This document shows positions 1 through 9,689 of a DNA stretch of 20,000 nucleotides, one piece after another. The notes under the pieces are model-generated. The model saw only the letters and a program-made list of their open reading frames with translations. It had not been told where the DNA came from and searched no databases. The position numbers and the translations under genes are program-made. Every line of letters starts with the position of its first letter. The first letter of the stretch is position 1. Source of the DNA: Chiloscyllium plagiosum (taxonomy: Eukaryota); the NCBI RefSeq assembly GCF_004010195.1, contig NC_057718.1, positions 31,086,860 through 31,106,859 on the forward strand, given 5' to 3'.

Positions 1-24
1 TTGAGCTTAGACTGGCCACCTTCC

Positions 25-101
25 TTGGACACCAAGTCCTGAATGGGACTCATTCCCAGTGCTTCTGCCTCAGAGGAGGCGGTAGCCACTGCGCCATAGA
101 C
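25..101 (-). mobile_element. tRNA-derived SINE head (degenerate)
   Basis: The reverse complement reads GTCTATGGCGCAGTGGCTACCGCCTCCTCTGAGGCAGAAGCACTGGGAATGAGTCCCATTCAGGACTTG. It has a Pol III A-box TGGCGCAGTGG (86-96) and a decayed B-box GGAATGAGTCCC (45-56). Confidence 0.55.
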
Positions 102-197
102 TGTCCTGTCCTTCAGATGTGCATAGATGCCGGAAATAAACATAAATGCCTCAATCTTGAAACCTGTACCTGGTTTTAGTTTTATAAATTTATAGTA

Positions 198-310
198 GTC
201 TTACTTCGGAGGGGAGCAGTGTTGTTTCTGAGTCACAAGGTCCTGAGCTCAGGTGCCCACACCAGGACTTGAATCCAAAAGTCAGAGCTGGTACTCCTGT
301 GCAGCAAGGA
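198..310 (+). mobile_element. SINE 5' fragment, SacSINE1/DeuSINE-like (degenerate)
   Basis: TCTGAGTCACAAGGTCCTGAGCTCAGGTGCCCACACCAGGACTTGAATCCAAAAGTCAGAGCTGGTACTCCTGTGCAG resembles the tRNA head and start of the Deu domain of shark SINEs as I recall them. It is also similar to the opposite-strand head at 25-101. Confidence 0.45.
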
Positions 311-329
311 ACCTGTGGCAAAAAGAATA

Positions 330-1275
330 TCGCAAAGTTGTGAAAAGACATGAAGCATTTACAAGAGCACATGGATAGGTTAAGTGAGTGAGTCAGACAG
401 TGGCAGATGGAGTATAATGTGAAAAATTATGATTTTTTTCACTTTAGCAGCAAATTTTAAAAAAATGTATAGTTGAAGCAGAAAGAGATCTCAGAACTGT
501 GAAGTACAAAGGGATCTGAGTGGCCTGGTACATTCCTCTCACAACGTTAGTTTGCAGGCACAGATGGTGGTATATTGAATGTTGCTATTTACTGCAAGGA
601 TATTGGAATATTAAAATAAGGAAGGTTTGCTACAATTGTATGGGGTGAGACCATATCTGGAGGACGGTATTGCTCTCTCCATGGACGCTGGATGACCCGC
701 TGTGATCTCCGACATTTGTTGTTTTCACTGTAGTTTCGACCTCCTTATTTAAGAAAATACATAATTGTGTTGGAAGAATTTTTAGAAAAGATTCACTTTA
801 CCGACTCCTGTCTGAGCGTGTTATTCATTGGAGAAGGATTGGATAGGATGGGCCTGTATTCATCAGGGTATAGACTAATGACAGCTGTTCTGATTGAAAC
901 GATTCTGAGAGGATTTGACAATGTGAAAGCTGAAGAGATGTTTCCCCTTGTTGGAGAGACTAGAACTAGGGGAAACAGTTTAAGTAGAAAGAGTCTTCCA
1001 TTTAAAAACAAAATGAGCGTTTTTTTCTCTCCCAGATGGTCTTCAATATTTGGAACTGTCTTCCCGTGAGACTGGAGAATGGCGGAGGCGGGGTCATTAT
1101 ATTTTCAAGGGAATGGGAGGTACGTTTTTGACTAACAAGGGGAGCAGGTGTGGTCAAAGGATAAAGGGCTCGGCAGGATACGGAAGTTAAGGGTACAATC
1201 AGATCAGCCCTGATTTTACTAAATGGAAGAGCAGGGTCAAGGCGCCGAATGGCATATTCCAGCTTCTCGTGCTTA
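330..1275 (+). mobile_element. CR1 LINE 3' fragment (ORF2 C-terminus + 3'UTR), old, frameshifted
   Basis: Translates in pieces to LQEHMDRLSE..RQWQMEYNV, RPYLE, GLDRMGLYS..RL..LIETILRGFDNVKAEEMFPLVGETRTRG (ORF 767-1069), typical of the CR1 ORF2 C-terminus. Ends with the CR1-type 3' motif GAATGGCATATTCCAGCTTCT at ~1250-1270. Confidence 0.85.
670..726 (+). mobile_element. Penelope-like terminal-repeat remnant inserted in CR1
   Basis: CTCTCTCCATGGACGCTGGATGACCCGCTGTGATCTCCGACATTTGTTGTTTT resembles the termini at 11080-11125 and 9560-9595. It interrupts the CR1 'HLEYCVQFWSP' codons and is flanked by ACGGTA (664-669) / ACTGTA (727-732). Confidence 0.55.
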
Positions 1276-1299
1276 GTTGGTAGATATGTTCATGAGAGT

Positions 1300-4100
1300 T
1301 ACTCTCAGTTAAGAAGTTTGAGCAAACTTTCAGCATCCTATGACACAATTCCATTACAGGCCCGAGTGTTATCACAGGCAAAATTTATTCGTCAATAAAC
1401 ATCACCAAAGCAGATGTTCAATTCATTATCACCTTGCTGTTTGTGGGAACTTGCTGTGCACAAATTGGCTGTCACTTTTTCCTCCCGTGACTACACTCCA
1501 ATGCTGGAAACCAGAGTTTTACCTTTCTTTGGCGCTAAAGCCCTTCGAGCGGTCGGTTGTCCTAAAATACATTCCATTTTTTCTCAGTTTTCCGTCCCTC
1601 TGAGGATATTACCTTGAAAACAAGGTGAAAATCAGTATTAGTTCCAGACAATTTCCAAGAAGCACTTGAATGCAGACCTTTTTGACGTTTACCTAAATTC
1701 TAAAGGTAATGTTTAAAGTGGCAATTGGAGGTCTTCACAATGCTAATATTAATTACGCTGGCACGTTTAACTACAGTTACATAAAAAATATCAATCTCAA
1801 CCTCAATTTAGACACTTACAAGGCTAGGTGGGACTTATTACAGTTAAACACCACAGTGAAGTGTTTTTTGTACTGGAGTTAAGTCGGTTCTCGCAAAATA
1901 CACGGGGACATGTTGTGGGTAGAGATATGTCGGGGAGAGCGGAGCACAACGCAGCTTTCGACACACAAACTACTTGCAACCAAATAAAATTCCACGCTAA
2001 AATTGTGTTTAACATACTTTAGACGATTGCCAAAAATGAATGAAAAATACAACTATAGGTTAACTCCCTGGTGAATTCAGTGCAGTTTATCTTGAGATTC
2101 CCAGTCGGGGCGAATTGCTTGGCGGTTCGCTAACATGTTCAATTCCGCCGTCGGCTCTTCCTTTTCGGTTTTTAAAGCACGCTCAGCTGTCTTTATCTCC
2201 AGCAAATTTGCGATAATGGGGAATAACTAATTTCTGCAACAGTGTATAGACCTCAAAAAGGAAATGATTTGCATCTGAATGTCTAACAGCTATCAGGACA
2301 TTTTTTTTAAACTGCAGTTGCTGAAAACCAGAGTTTTAGCTTTCAGAATGTTGTGGCATGTGACATCACGTCCCGCTCAACACTTTATCTGAAGTTGTTC
2401 AAGATCCACAGGTTAAAGCCAGGCCTTTCGCTGCATTCACTCGGCCGGTTCACTGTATTGTTTTCCAGCTAAGGACGCACAATTTCCTAGTTTCAGAATG
2501 ACTGCATATATAGCAGGGTATGATTTGTACTTTTAAGTTCAAAATGTCGACAGCAGAGTCGAATCTGGGGCACAAACAATCGTCTCGATTGTTCACAATG
2601 GAGCCGATTGTACTCCCCTTCCTCGCTTGTGACACCTTTTCTCACGGGCACCTTTCAGAGCAACCCCAGAAGCTGCTTGTCCTTTGTCCATTTTCAGGCG
2701 AGTGTACAATGCGGAGGGCTAGAGTTACACGAACTCGTCTGTAATGGATATTTGCCACTGAACCAGCTGAATTCCTGGAGATCAGGCAGCACTTACATAG
2801 CTCGTTCTACCTGTTTAGCTTGAATTGATACAAATGAAAGTTCGTCCCTCACCCCTCAGAGGGAACAGGCAGAATTCTTTGTTCTCGCCCGAAGTAGTGT
2901 TACAGTAGAAGTGACGGCCTTTTCCAAGCGTGACTCAAGAGGTGACCTGATCTTTCTGGGAAAAGGAGAGTTTCAAAACGCCTTGACTGCGGGCACTCGA
3001 AAGTGCAAATTCCAGACAAAAGGCTCCACAAAACGTCAGTCAGCCATATCGATGTAAACAAAGAAGCTCAAAGGGATCCAAAATATTAAGAATACCGCTT
3101 CTTCCACTTTAATGCACACTTTTAAGTCCCAACTTTATAACGGTTGCCTTTGCGTACCCCTTTTAAAACCATCACTTTGGTCAAAATGAAAACAATGCTT
3201 TTGATTTGAGGTTTAACGTTGTCTTGGGAATACACTCCGGTGTATGTGAGCTTGGAAAACACGCTGAAAGGGAAGTAGTTATCAGGCGGCACGGGGCTGA
3301 AAAGACTTCTGCTATCACTTTCAGGAGCGTCGGCTGCAACATTTACAGAAAACCTTTTGGAAATGGTAAATCCTAAGCCGACAAGAGAAAGGGATTTTCG
3401 ACGAGCGACCAAGAACCAAGAATTGCCCCTGAATAAATAGTTCTTCGGCGGAATGAGTGTGTGCTGGTGCACTAGGTCCCCTTCAGAATTAGATTTGAGC
3501 ACCATGTACTGAACACAGAACATCTGCATGTTTGGTTCGCGTTCTCGACAAATAGTGACATATGTGGAGATCATTGGCACTTTGGTCGATTTCCGACAGG
3601 GGAAGACACCATTATCAATCAACTGTGTTTTATCAATTACCAGTGATTCTCGTCGCTCACCGTGGTTTGTTCTGTTAAAATATCCCAAAGTATTTTAAAG
3701 AGTTGCCAGCAGCAGTTTAAGGTTACAGCTGAAAGAACTTTAGCAGGTGAAAAGTGTCAAACATGTCACAAAGCAGACTCCGGAAATGAATGGACTGTGA
3801 TGCTACAGAATAAACCTTTCACATCTGGTTTGTTAATCTGTTAAAAGCATTTTTAAAAACCGCTAGATGCTGTTCATATGATATTCCTTGTGCTCATGGC
3901 GAGTTTCAACAGTAGTTCTTTTGCCCGTTGTTTTCGACTAGTCTCCGCTTTCTTTATTAGAAGAACAAGTCTTTTATTCTATCCAATTGCTGTTATATAT
4001 TTGTCATACCTTCGCAATGAAATCACTGTCTGGACTCAAAATATGATTTTGCCTTAAGGCCGTGTGCGAGCACGAGAGAAAATAAAACACATTCACCAAA
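1300..4100. promoter_or_regulatory. Unique CpG-retaining block, candidate non-methylated island / enhancer-promoter region
   Basis: No recognisable TE. By hand count there are ~18 CpG in 3241-3660, versus ~1 in 6300-7080. Motifs: paired SOX sites 2575-2612, AP-1 TGACTCA 2931-2937, FOX TGTAAACA 3053-3060, TGACATCA near 2361. Confidence 0.5.
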
Positions 4101-4119
4101 GTACATTTATGAGACAGAA

Positions 4120-4300
4120 TAACTATGCGTCTGAGACACTCATGCATCTGTGTGTATGATAGCGAATATATATGAGGTAGAGAGCTGCGTGTGAGGATGA
4201 GGGAGAGACGGAGAGGAATGTATATGCATGAGAGAGAATGGGTGTAAAAAGTGAAAATGTATGTCTTAGAGAATACGATAGAACACACCCTATTTGAAGC
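4120..4300. repeat. Degenerate (GA)/(GT)/(AT) low-complexity tract
   Basis: Runs such as TGTGTGTATGA, ATATATATGAG, GGGAGAGACGGAGAGG, GAGAGAGAATG. Confidence 0.5.
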
Positions 4301-4390
4301 AGTATGCGTTTAGGGGAACGTGTTTCAAGTTTGCACGTGTGAGGTGTAGTCCTTGTTTTACCAGGCAGAGATAGTATGATAATAACATAT

Positions 4391-4652
4391 AGGTAAAAAC
4401 AATGACTGCAGATGCTGGAAACCAGATTCTGGATTAGTGGTGCTGGAAGAGCACAGCAGTTCAGGCAGCATCCGAGGAGCAGTGAAATCGACGTTTCGGG
4501 CAAAAGCCCTTCAGGAATAAAGGCAGAGAGCCTGAAGGGTGGAGAAATAGAGAGACTCCCTGAGATTCTTGTAGAGAGAGGAGGAAAACTTCTTCAAGGC
4601 AAGCATCCTTGCAAGAGCAGTAGGGTTAAAATCAATGAGGTAAAACCAATGA
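4391..4652 (-). mobile_element. Short Penelope-like terminal element with 15-bp TSD and short direct terminal repeat
   Basis: Flanked by identical ATGATAATAACATAT at 4376-4390 and 4649-4663. Starts AGGTAAAAACAATGA (4391-4405) and ends AGGTAAAACCAATGA (4638-4652). Its body matches the terminus of the PLE at 14708-14800. Confidence 0.85.
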
Positions 4653-4739
4653 TAATAACATATCCCCAGTTCATCCAAGCGTGACAATTTTGAAACAGAT
4701 CGTAGTTTCTTGATCCACCAACAGTGTTGGCGGTTTGTT

Positions 4740-6560
4740 CCACAGTGTGAAAAATCGTTCTCCAGAATGTCCTAGTTTCTTGCAATGTCCTAAATGTGTG
4801 CTTGCACAACTGCTTGCATTTAAGTTTTGCATATGACGATATAGATCGAATTTGTTTGAAACTTCCAATTTTAAACACATCTGCTGCCTTTCCTTTAAAT
4901 ATTCGTATTCCAAGAAAGAAAAAGGGTAATCCATCTTTCTTATGCATCATTCCCTGATGTTTTGAGTTCAACTCTGTAGGTCCCTCTGTACCACATCCAA
5001 AAAAACTCAACAATCTTTCTGAAATAGGAAGATCAAAAGTGTATGCAGTATTCCAGATGTGATCTTGCTAAGCCAACAGTTTTAAAATGAACATTCTGAA
5101 TTTATATGTCAGTCCCCTGCTATGTACTTTGCTGGCTTTCATTTCTTAGTAGTTTAGGAACCTACTGCTAATGGTTTTAATGAGCTGTCCACCAAAACAA
5201 AAAGATCTCTCAACCTTCTGTCTGCTACATCTCATAACCGTTTATTTCCTTGCATTAAATTGAATCTTGAATTATGCCATCCACTAAACAGGCTTGTTAA
5301 AATTCTTCTGAATATGTATGCATTGATTTTCATCACTTGACCCTCCTCCCAAATTGTTTTTTTCAGCAAATTTGTTCATCTAGATCATTTCTGGAGTAAG
5401 AAACTATAGTGGATCCAACTGAACCTTGCAGCATTCATCTGGTAACTGGCTGTGAACCAAATATCTGTCCATATTTTGTTACATGTTAAAATTCATTTTA
5501 CAGAGTATGGGCCCGACTAACAAAGCCAGCATTTATTGCTTTATTAAGCTTCTTGAGTGTTGTTGGAGCTGCACCCATACAGGGAAGTGAAAGTTATTCC
5601 ATCATGCTCCTAACTGCTGCTTTGTAAATGACCAGACAAGTTTTGGGAGTTAAGAGGTGAATTGCTAACTGTAGAATGCCCTATGCATTCCATTATCTAT
5701 TATAAACTTTGCCAATCCAATTTGATATATTTTCATTTCTGTCTGACCTGATGTAGCAGCCTATTATGTGGGACAACATCAATGTCCAATTCAATTGCAT
5801 TCTATATTTTCACTAGAACCATAGGAAGCAATGACTGCCAGTGTTCATGCCGCAATCCTGATCAGAACCTAGATGTGCTGTGGAAGCAAATGATCCTATC
5901 AGCAGAAAGTTTCGTGCAGAAAATTTAAGGATTCCAAGAGAATTCCCTTGCAGAATTCCAGCCATCACAGAATCATGACCTTCAACATTGTGTTTTATGC
6001 AAAATGGCATTCTCTCCAAATCTTGCAACTTAATATTGAGGGCCTATCAGTTATTTAACAAAACTTTATTGGATGTTTTGCCTCTCAACACTTCATCTAC
6101 ATCATTCACCTACGAGAGACCAATATTGTAACTGAAGAAGCAGATCGCTTTTACATCAAAGTCTTTAACTCGCTGTGTTATTCACCTCACAGTAAACACA
6201 GGTGTGTCAGTATCTGATCTGACATTATTGTGTAGCCAATCTGTCAGCATGCCATTCTGTGACACAATTAAGGACTAAGGTTTCCATATTGAAAATATTT
6301 ATATGACCACAATGTCCTCAAAGAAATCCAACAAATTATTCAAGCATGATCTTGCACATTTACAGCCATGTGGGCTGTCTCAGCTTAGCCCAAGCCCCTT
6401 ACATTACCCTTCATGATTCCCTTCATGATATATAATTTAGTGATTCATCCCTAATTGAAATTGGGAGGTCACATTTCCTATTTTTCAATTCTCTGACATA
6501 TGGTTTGATTCCTGGCTACTCTGAAAGGTGTGGGAAGGTTCACAATCATTTAACATGGTT
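4740..6560 (-). mobile_element. Ancient CR1-type LINE ORF2 (RT) remnant, interrupted by later insertions
   Basis: Minus-strand remnants appear in the expected order: DSPHGCKCARSCLNNLLDFFE (~6320-6380), DVVPHNRL (~5755-5785), LQGSVGS (~5410-5435), KFA (~5365), RSHLEYCIHF (~5035-5070), and GLPFFFLGIRIFKGKAADVFKI (~4870-4935). Confidence 0.7.
5505..5682 (-). mobile_element. Fragment of a second CR1/L2-group LINE family (3' end)
   Basis: GAGTGTTGTTGGAGCTGCACCCATACAGGGAAGT...TTCCATCATGCTCCTAACT is homologous to 8330-8440. On the minus strand it gives a degenerate 'VRSMME..LP.MGAAPTTL' and is followed by the tail motif GCAATAAATGCTGGC. Confidence 0.7.
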
Positions 6561-7092
6561 TGAGAACCTTCAGAATTAAAGTTAAATGTTCAAAGGGTCT
6601 TGTGAATCTTGAGTTTCAACCACGGACCAATATGCTGACTACAAATAATTGTTTTTCTCAGTCTTGCTTCACTTTTAAAATATACCCCAACCTTCAACAG
6701 TTTGTCCCAATTTCTTCTCTGAATAGTATTTTTGTTAAAGTCCACTCACATTTGCAATTTATTTATCTTACTTATGTAGAGAGACCATTTTTGTTTGGTG
6801 GGGAACTCTGAATAAAGAGACACAAATCTCAAAATTATAGCTGAGCATGTTATGAGTAAAATAAGGAAGCATTTTTTCATAAAAACATTGCAAAAATCTG
6901 GATTCATGCTAAAAAAAGTGTTTGCTATGATAATTCAAATATTCAGGAATGGGATAGCTTTTTGTTTATAGATAGAGTTACCATTGTATGAATTGAGTTA
7001 AGCAGGACCACCACAAAATATTGAAAATGAATTCATAAATTGAATGACTTATTCTTATTTTCATATGCCAAAACAGTTCAAGCAATCATCAC

Positions 7093-7723
7093 AATAGGTG
7101 TAGTGGACAGCAAAGAGGGTTACCTCAGATTACAACAGGATCTGGACCAGATGGGCCAATGAGCTGATGGAATATTGCATGCAATTCTGATCTCCTTCCT
7201 TTCGGAAAGATATTGTGAAACTTGAAAGGGTTCAGAAAAGATTGACAAAGATGTTGCCTGGGTTGGAGGATTTGAGCTATAGGGAGAGGCTGAACAGGCT
7301 AGGGCTGTTTTCCCTGGAGCGTCGGAGGCTGAGGGGTGACCTTATAGAGATTTACAAAATTATGAGGGGCATGGATAGGATAAATAGACAAAGTCTTTTC
7401 CGTGGGGTCGGGAGGTCCAGAACTAGAGGGCATAGGTTTAGGGTGAGAGGGGAAAGGGGAAAGATATAAAAGAGACCTAAGGGGCAACTTTTTCACACAG
7501 AGGGTGGTACGTGTATGGAATGAGCTGCCAGAGGATGTGGTGGAGGCTAGTACAATTGCAACATTTAAGTGGCATTTGGATCGGTATATGAATAGGAAGG
7601 GCTAGGAGGGATATGGGCCAGGTGCTGGCAAGTGGGACTAGATTGGGTTGGGATATCTGGTCAGCATGGACGGGTTGGACCAAAGGGTCTGTTTCCATGC
7701 TGTACATCTCTATGACTCTATCT
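7093..7723 (+). mobile_element. Young CR1 (HER1-like) LINE 3' fragment with internal deletion
   Basis: ORF 7215-7469 reads KLERVQKRLTKMLPGLEDLSYRERLNRLGLFSLERRRLRGDLIEIYKIMRG. The 3' tail is CTCTATGACTCTAT. The sequence jumps from 'QMGQ*A' directly to 'EYC.QF*SP' at ~7167, relative to the longer copy at 17725-19203. Confidence 0.95.
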
Positions 7724-8199
7724 ATCACTGGGCCACTAAAGCAAAAACTCAAGTGCTTAAAGGAGAGCTCCCTGCAAATGCTGGACATAACCTATGTTGC
7801 AGTATTGCAGCGTGCTATGTGATCCACAGCATGACAGTTTAGAAGATTGCAACTGGAGAAGGCAGAAGAGTTGTCAACTGTTAAAAAGCAATTGAGTGAA
7901 GGAGACGAGGAAGAGGAAGGATAAAAGCACATTCCTTTGTGACAAATGATGAACTCACTGCCAAACACAATAATGGTCTTGAAATCTTTCCTAGTGTACA
8001 TATGAACACATTTGCCTTTCTTAAAATTTTTATGCAGTGCATAATTCCCACAGGCTCTTCTCACAAGTAACTGCTTTGAAATACTGCACTTACATCTATT
8101 GAGACTCTTCAGATGCTTGTAAATGATGACTGCGGGGGTCACAAACTTGAGAGTACTGACTGCAGACTGAATCATTTCAGTTACAGCTGTGATAGCATA

Positions 8200-8262
8200 G
8201 TAGGTCAGGCAGCATCTGAGGAGCAGCAAAATCAACTTTTCGGGCCGGAGCCCTTCATCAGT
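8200..8262 (-). mobile_element. Penelope-like terminal remnant with hammerhead-like motif
   Basis: The reverse complement is CTGATGAAGGGCTCCGGCCCGAAAAGTTGATTTTGCTGCTCCTCAGATGCTGCCTGACC. Confidence 0.8.
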
Positions 8263-8632
8263 GGGAGAATGGATGCTTGTGGATTTGGTGTCAATCAAGT
8301 GGGCTGCTTTGTCCTGGATGGTTGAGCGCTGCTTGGGCTGCACCCATTCAGGCAAGTAGGGTCTATTCCATTACCTTCCTGACTTGAGTCTTCTAGATGA
8401 CGGACTGGCTTTGGGAAGTGAGGAGGTGAGTTTCTTGCCATGGTATTCCGAGCCACTGTCCTGTCCTTGTAGCCACTGTATCTATGTAGTGAGTCCAGTT
8501 GAGTTACTGGACAGTGATAACCCCAAAGATGGTGATAACGAGGTATTCAGCGAAAGCAATAACATCGAGAGTCAACGGGCAGTGATTAAATAATCACTTA
8601 TTGGAGATGGACATTGCTTGGCATTTGCAGCA
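8263..8632 (-). mobile_element. Second CR1/L2-group LINE family, ORF2 C-terminal fragment
   Basis: Minus-strand remnants: KCQAMSIS, LNWTHYIDTVATRTGQWLGI..ETHLLTSQS, QVRKVME, TIQDKAAHLI. Same family as 5505-5682. Confidence 0.8.
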
Positions 8633-8635
8633 TGC

Positions 8636-9150
8636 CCTTCTTTGGGAAGGTGTTGCTAAACTTGAGAAAGTGCAGACAAGATTTACAAAAATGTTGTCAG
8701 TATTGGAAGGTTTGCACCTTAGGGAGAGGCTGAATAGGCTGGGGCTACATTCCTTGAAGTATCAAATGTTGAGGGGTGACCGTATAGAGGTTTATAAAAT
8801 CATGAGGGGCATGGATGAGGTGAATAGCCAAGGTCTTTTTTTGTAGCATTTGGGTGTCCAAAATGAGAGGGAATGACTTAAGCTGAAAGGGGAAAGAACT
8901 AAAAAAGATTTGAGGGGTAACCTTTTCACACAGAGGGTGGTGGTTGTATGGAACAAGCTGCCAGACTAAATAGTAGAGGCAGGTACTACATTTAAAAGGC
9001 ATCTGGATGGGTATATGAATAAGAAACATTGAGAGGACAATGGGCCAAATGCTGGTTAATGGGGCTGGGTCAGATTGGGATGTCTGGTCAGCATGGACGA
9101 GTTGGACCAATGGGTCTGTTTCCATGCTCTGTGACTCTATGACTCTATGA
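8636..9150 (+). mobile_element. CR1 (HER1-like) LINE 3' fragment
   Basis: Reads KLEKVQTRFTKMLSVLEGLHLRERLNRLGLHSLKYQMLRGDRIEVYKIMRG. The 3'UTR matches 7560-7722. Tail is GTGACTCTATGACTCTATGA. Confidence 0.93.
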
Positions 9151-9282
9151 GAGAATGTGAGGGTTACAGATGCTGGAGAATCATAGACGAAAAGTGTGGC
9201 ACTGGAAAAGCACAGCAAGTCAGGCAGCATCTGAGGATCTGGAGAGTAGATGTTTTGGCCATAAGCCCTTCATCAGGAATGT
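9151..9282 (-). mobile_element. Penelope-like terminal fragment inserted in a CR1 microsatellite tail
   Basis: Sequence is CAGATGCTGGAGAA...GGAAAAGCACAGCAAGTCAGGCAGCATCTGAGGA...TTTTGGCCATAAGCCCTTCATCAGGAA. The GACTCTATGA tail resumes at 9283-9302. Confidence 0.85.
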
Positions 9283-9444
9283 GACTCTATGATTTTATGA
9301 CTAGTTCTTCATGTTTATGCATGAATAGTATATGGTCATGTAATAATATGAAGATTAGCTTATAGATATGATTGAAATAGCATTTGCTCATGTATTTCGG
9401 CATAAGTGGGGTGTATTAGTAAATATTGACTAGTTCTATTAAAT

Positions 9445-9641
9445 TTGAACATGTGCTGCTGCAAGAGCACAGCAGGTCAGGCAATATCCGAGGAGCAGAA
9501 AAATCGAGGTTTCAGGCAGCCCTTCCTGATGCAGGGCATTTACCCGATTTCCTTGTTCCTCGGATGCTGCCTGACCTGCTGTGCTTTTCTAGCACCACAC
9601 TCTTGAGTCTAATCTCCAACATCTGCAGTCCTCACTTTCGC
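9445..9641. mobile_element. Palindromic (inverted) Penelope-like terminal mini-element with TSD
   Basis: GCACAGCAGGTCAGGCAATATCCGAGGAGCAGAAAAATCG (9467-9506) is the near-perfect reverse complement of CGATTTCCTTGTTCCTCGGATGCTGCCTGACCTGCTGTGC (9545-9584). Flanks are CTAGTTCTATTAAAT (9430-9444) / CTGGTTCTATTAAAT (9642-9656). Confidence 0.85.
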
Positions 9642-9689
9642 CTGGTTCTATTAAATCCTCTAGTATAGTGGGTGTTGCCTATTCTCATG

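Noticed and set aside
25..101. Possible tRNA gene
   Set aside because: The B-box is degenerate and I cannot build a cloverleaf. It is better explained as a SINE head.
3475..3485. GGTCCCCTTCA, resembling part of miR-133
   Set aside because: Only 11 nt match. The seed start and 3' half differ, and I see no hairpin partner.
3495..3512. REST/NRSE-like TTGAGCACCATGTACTG
   Set aside because: Mismatches at key positions in both half-sites.
3122..3688. Longest ORF (188 aa, minus strand) in unique DNA
   Set aside because: Non-ATG start, no recognisable domain and random-looking composition. I cannot support it as a CDS without homology or expression data.
7792..8355. 187-aa minus-strand ORF
   Set aside because: Chimeric read-through of a LINE fragment (TIQDKAAHLI), a PLE terminus and unique DNA.
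8745..9230. 161-aa ORF and similar ORFs (7299-7788, 13240-13434, 18101-18385, 18656-19103, 15861-16202)
   Set aside because: Antisense or off-frame readings of CR1/PLE repeats.
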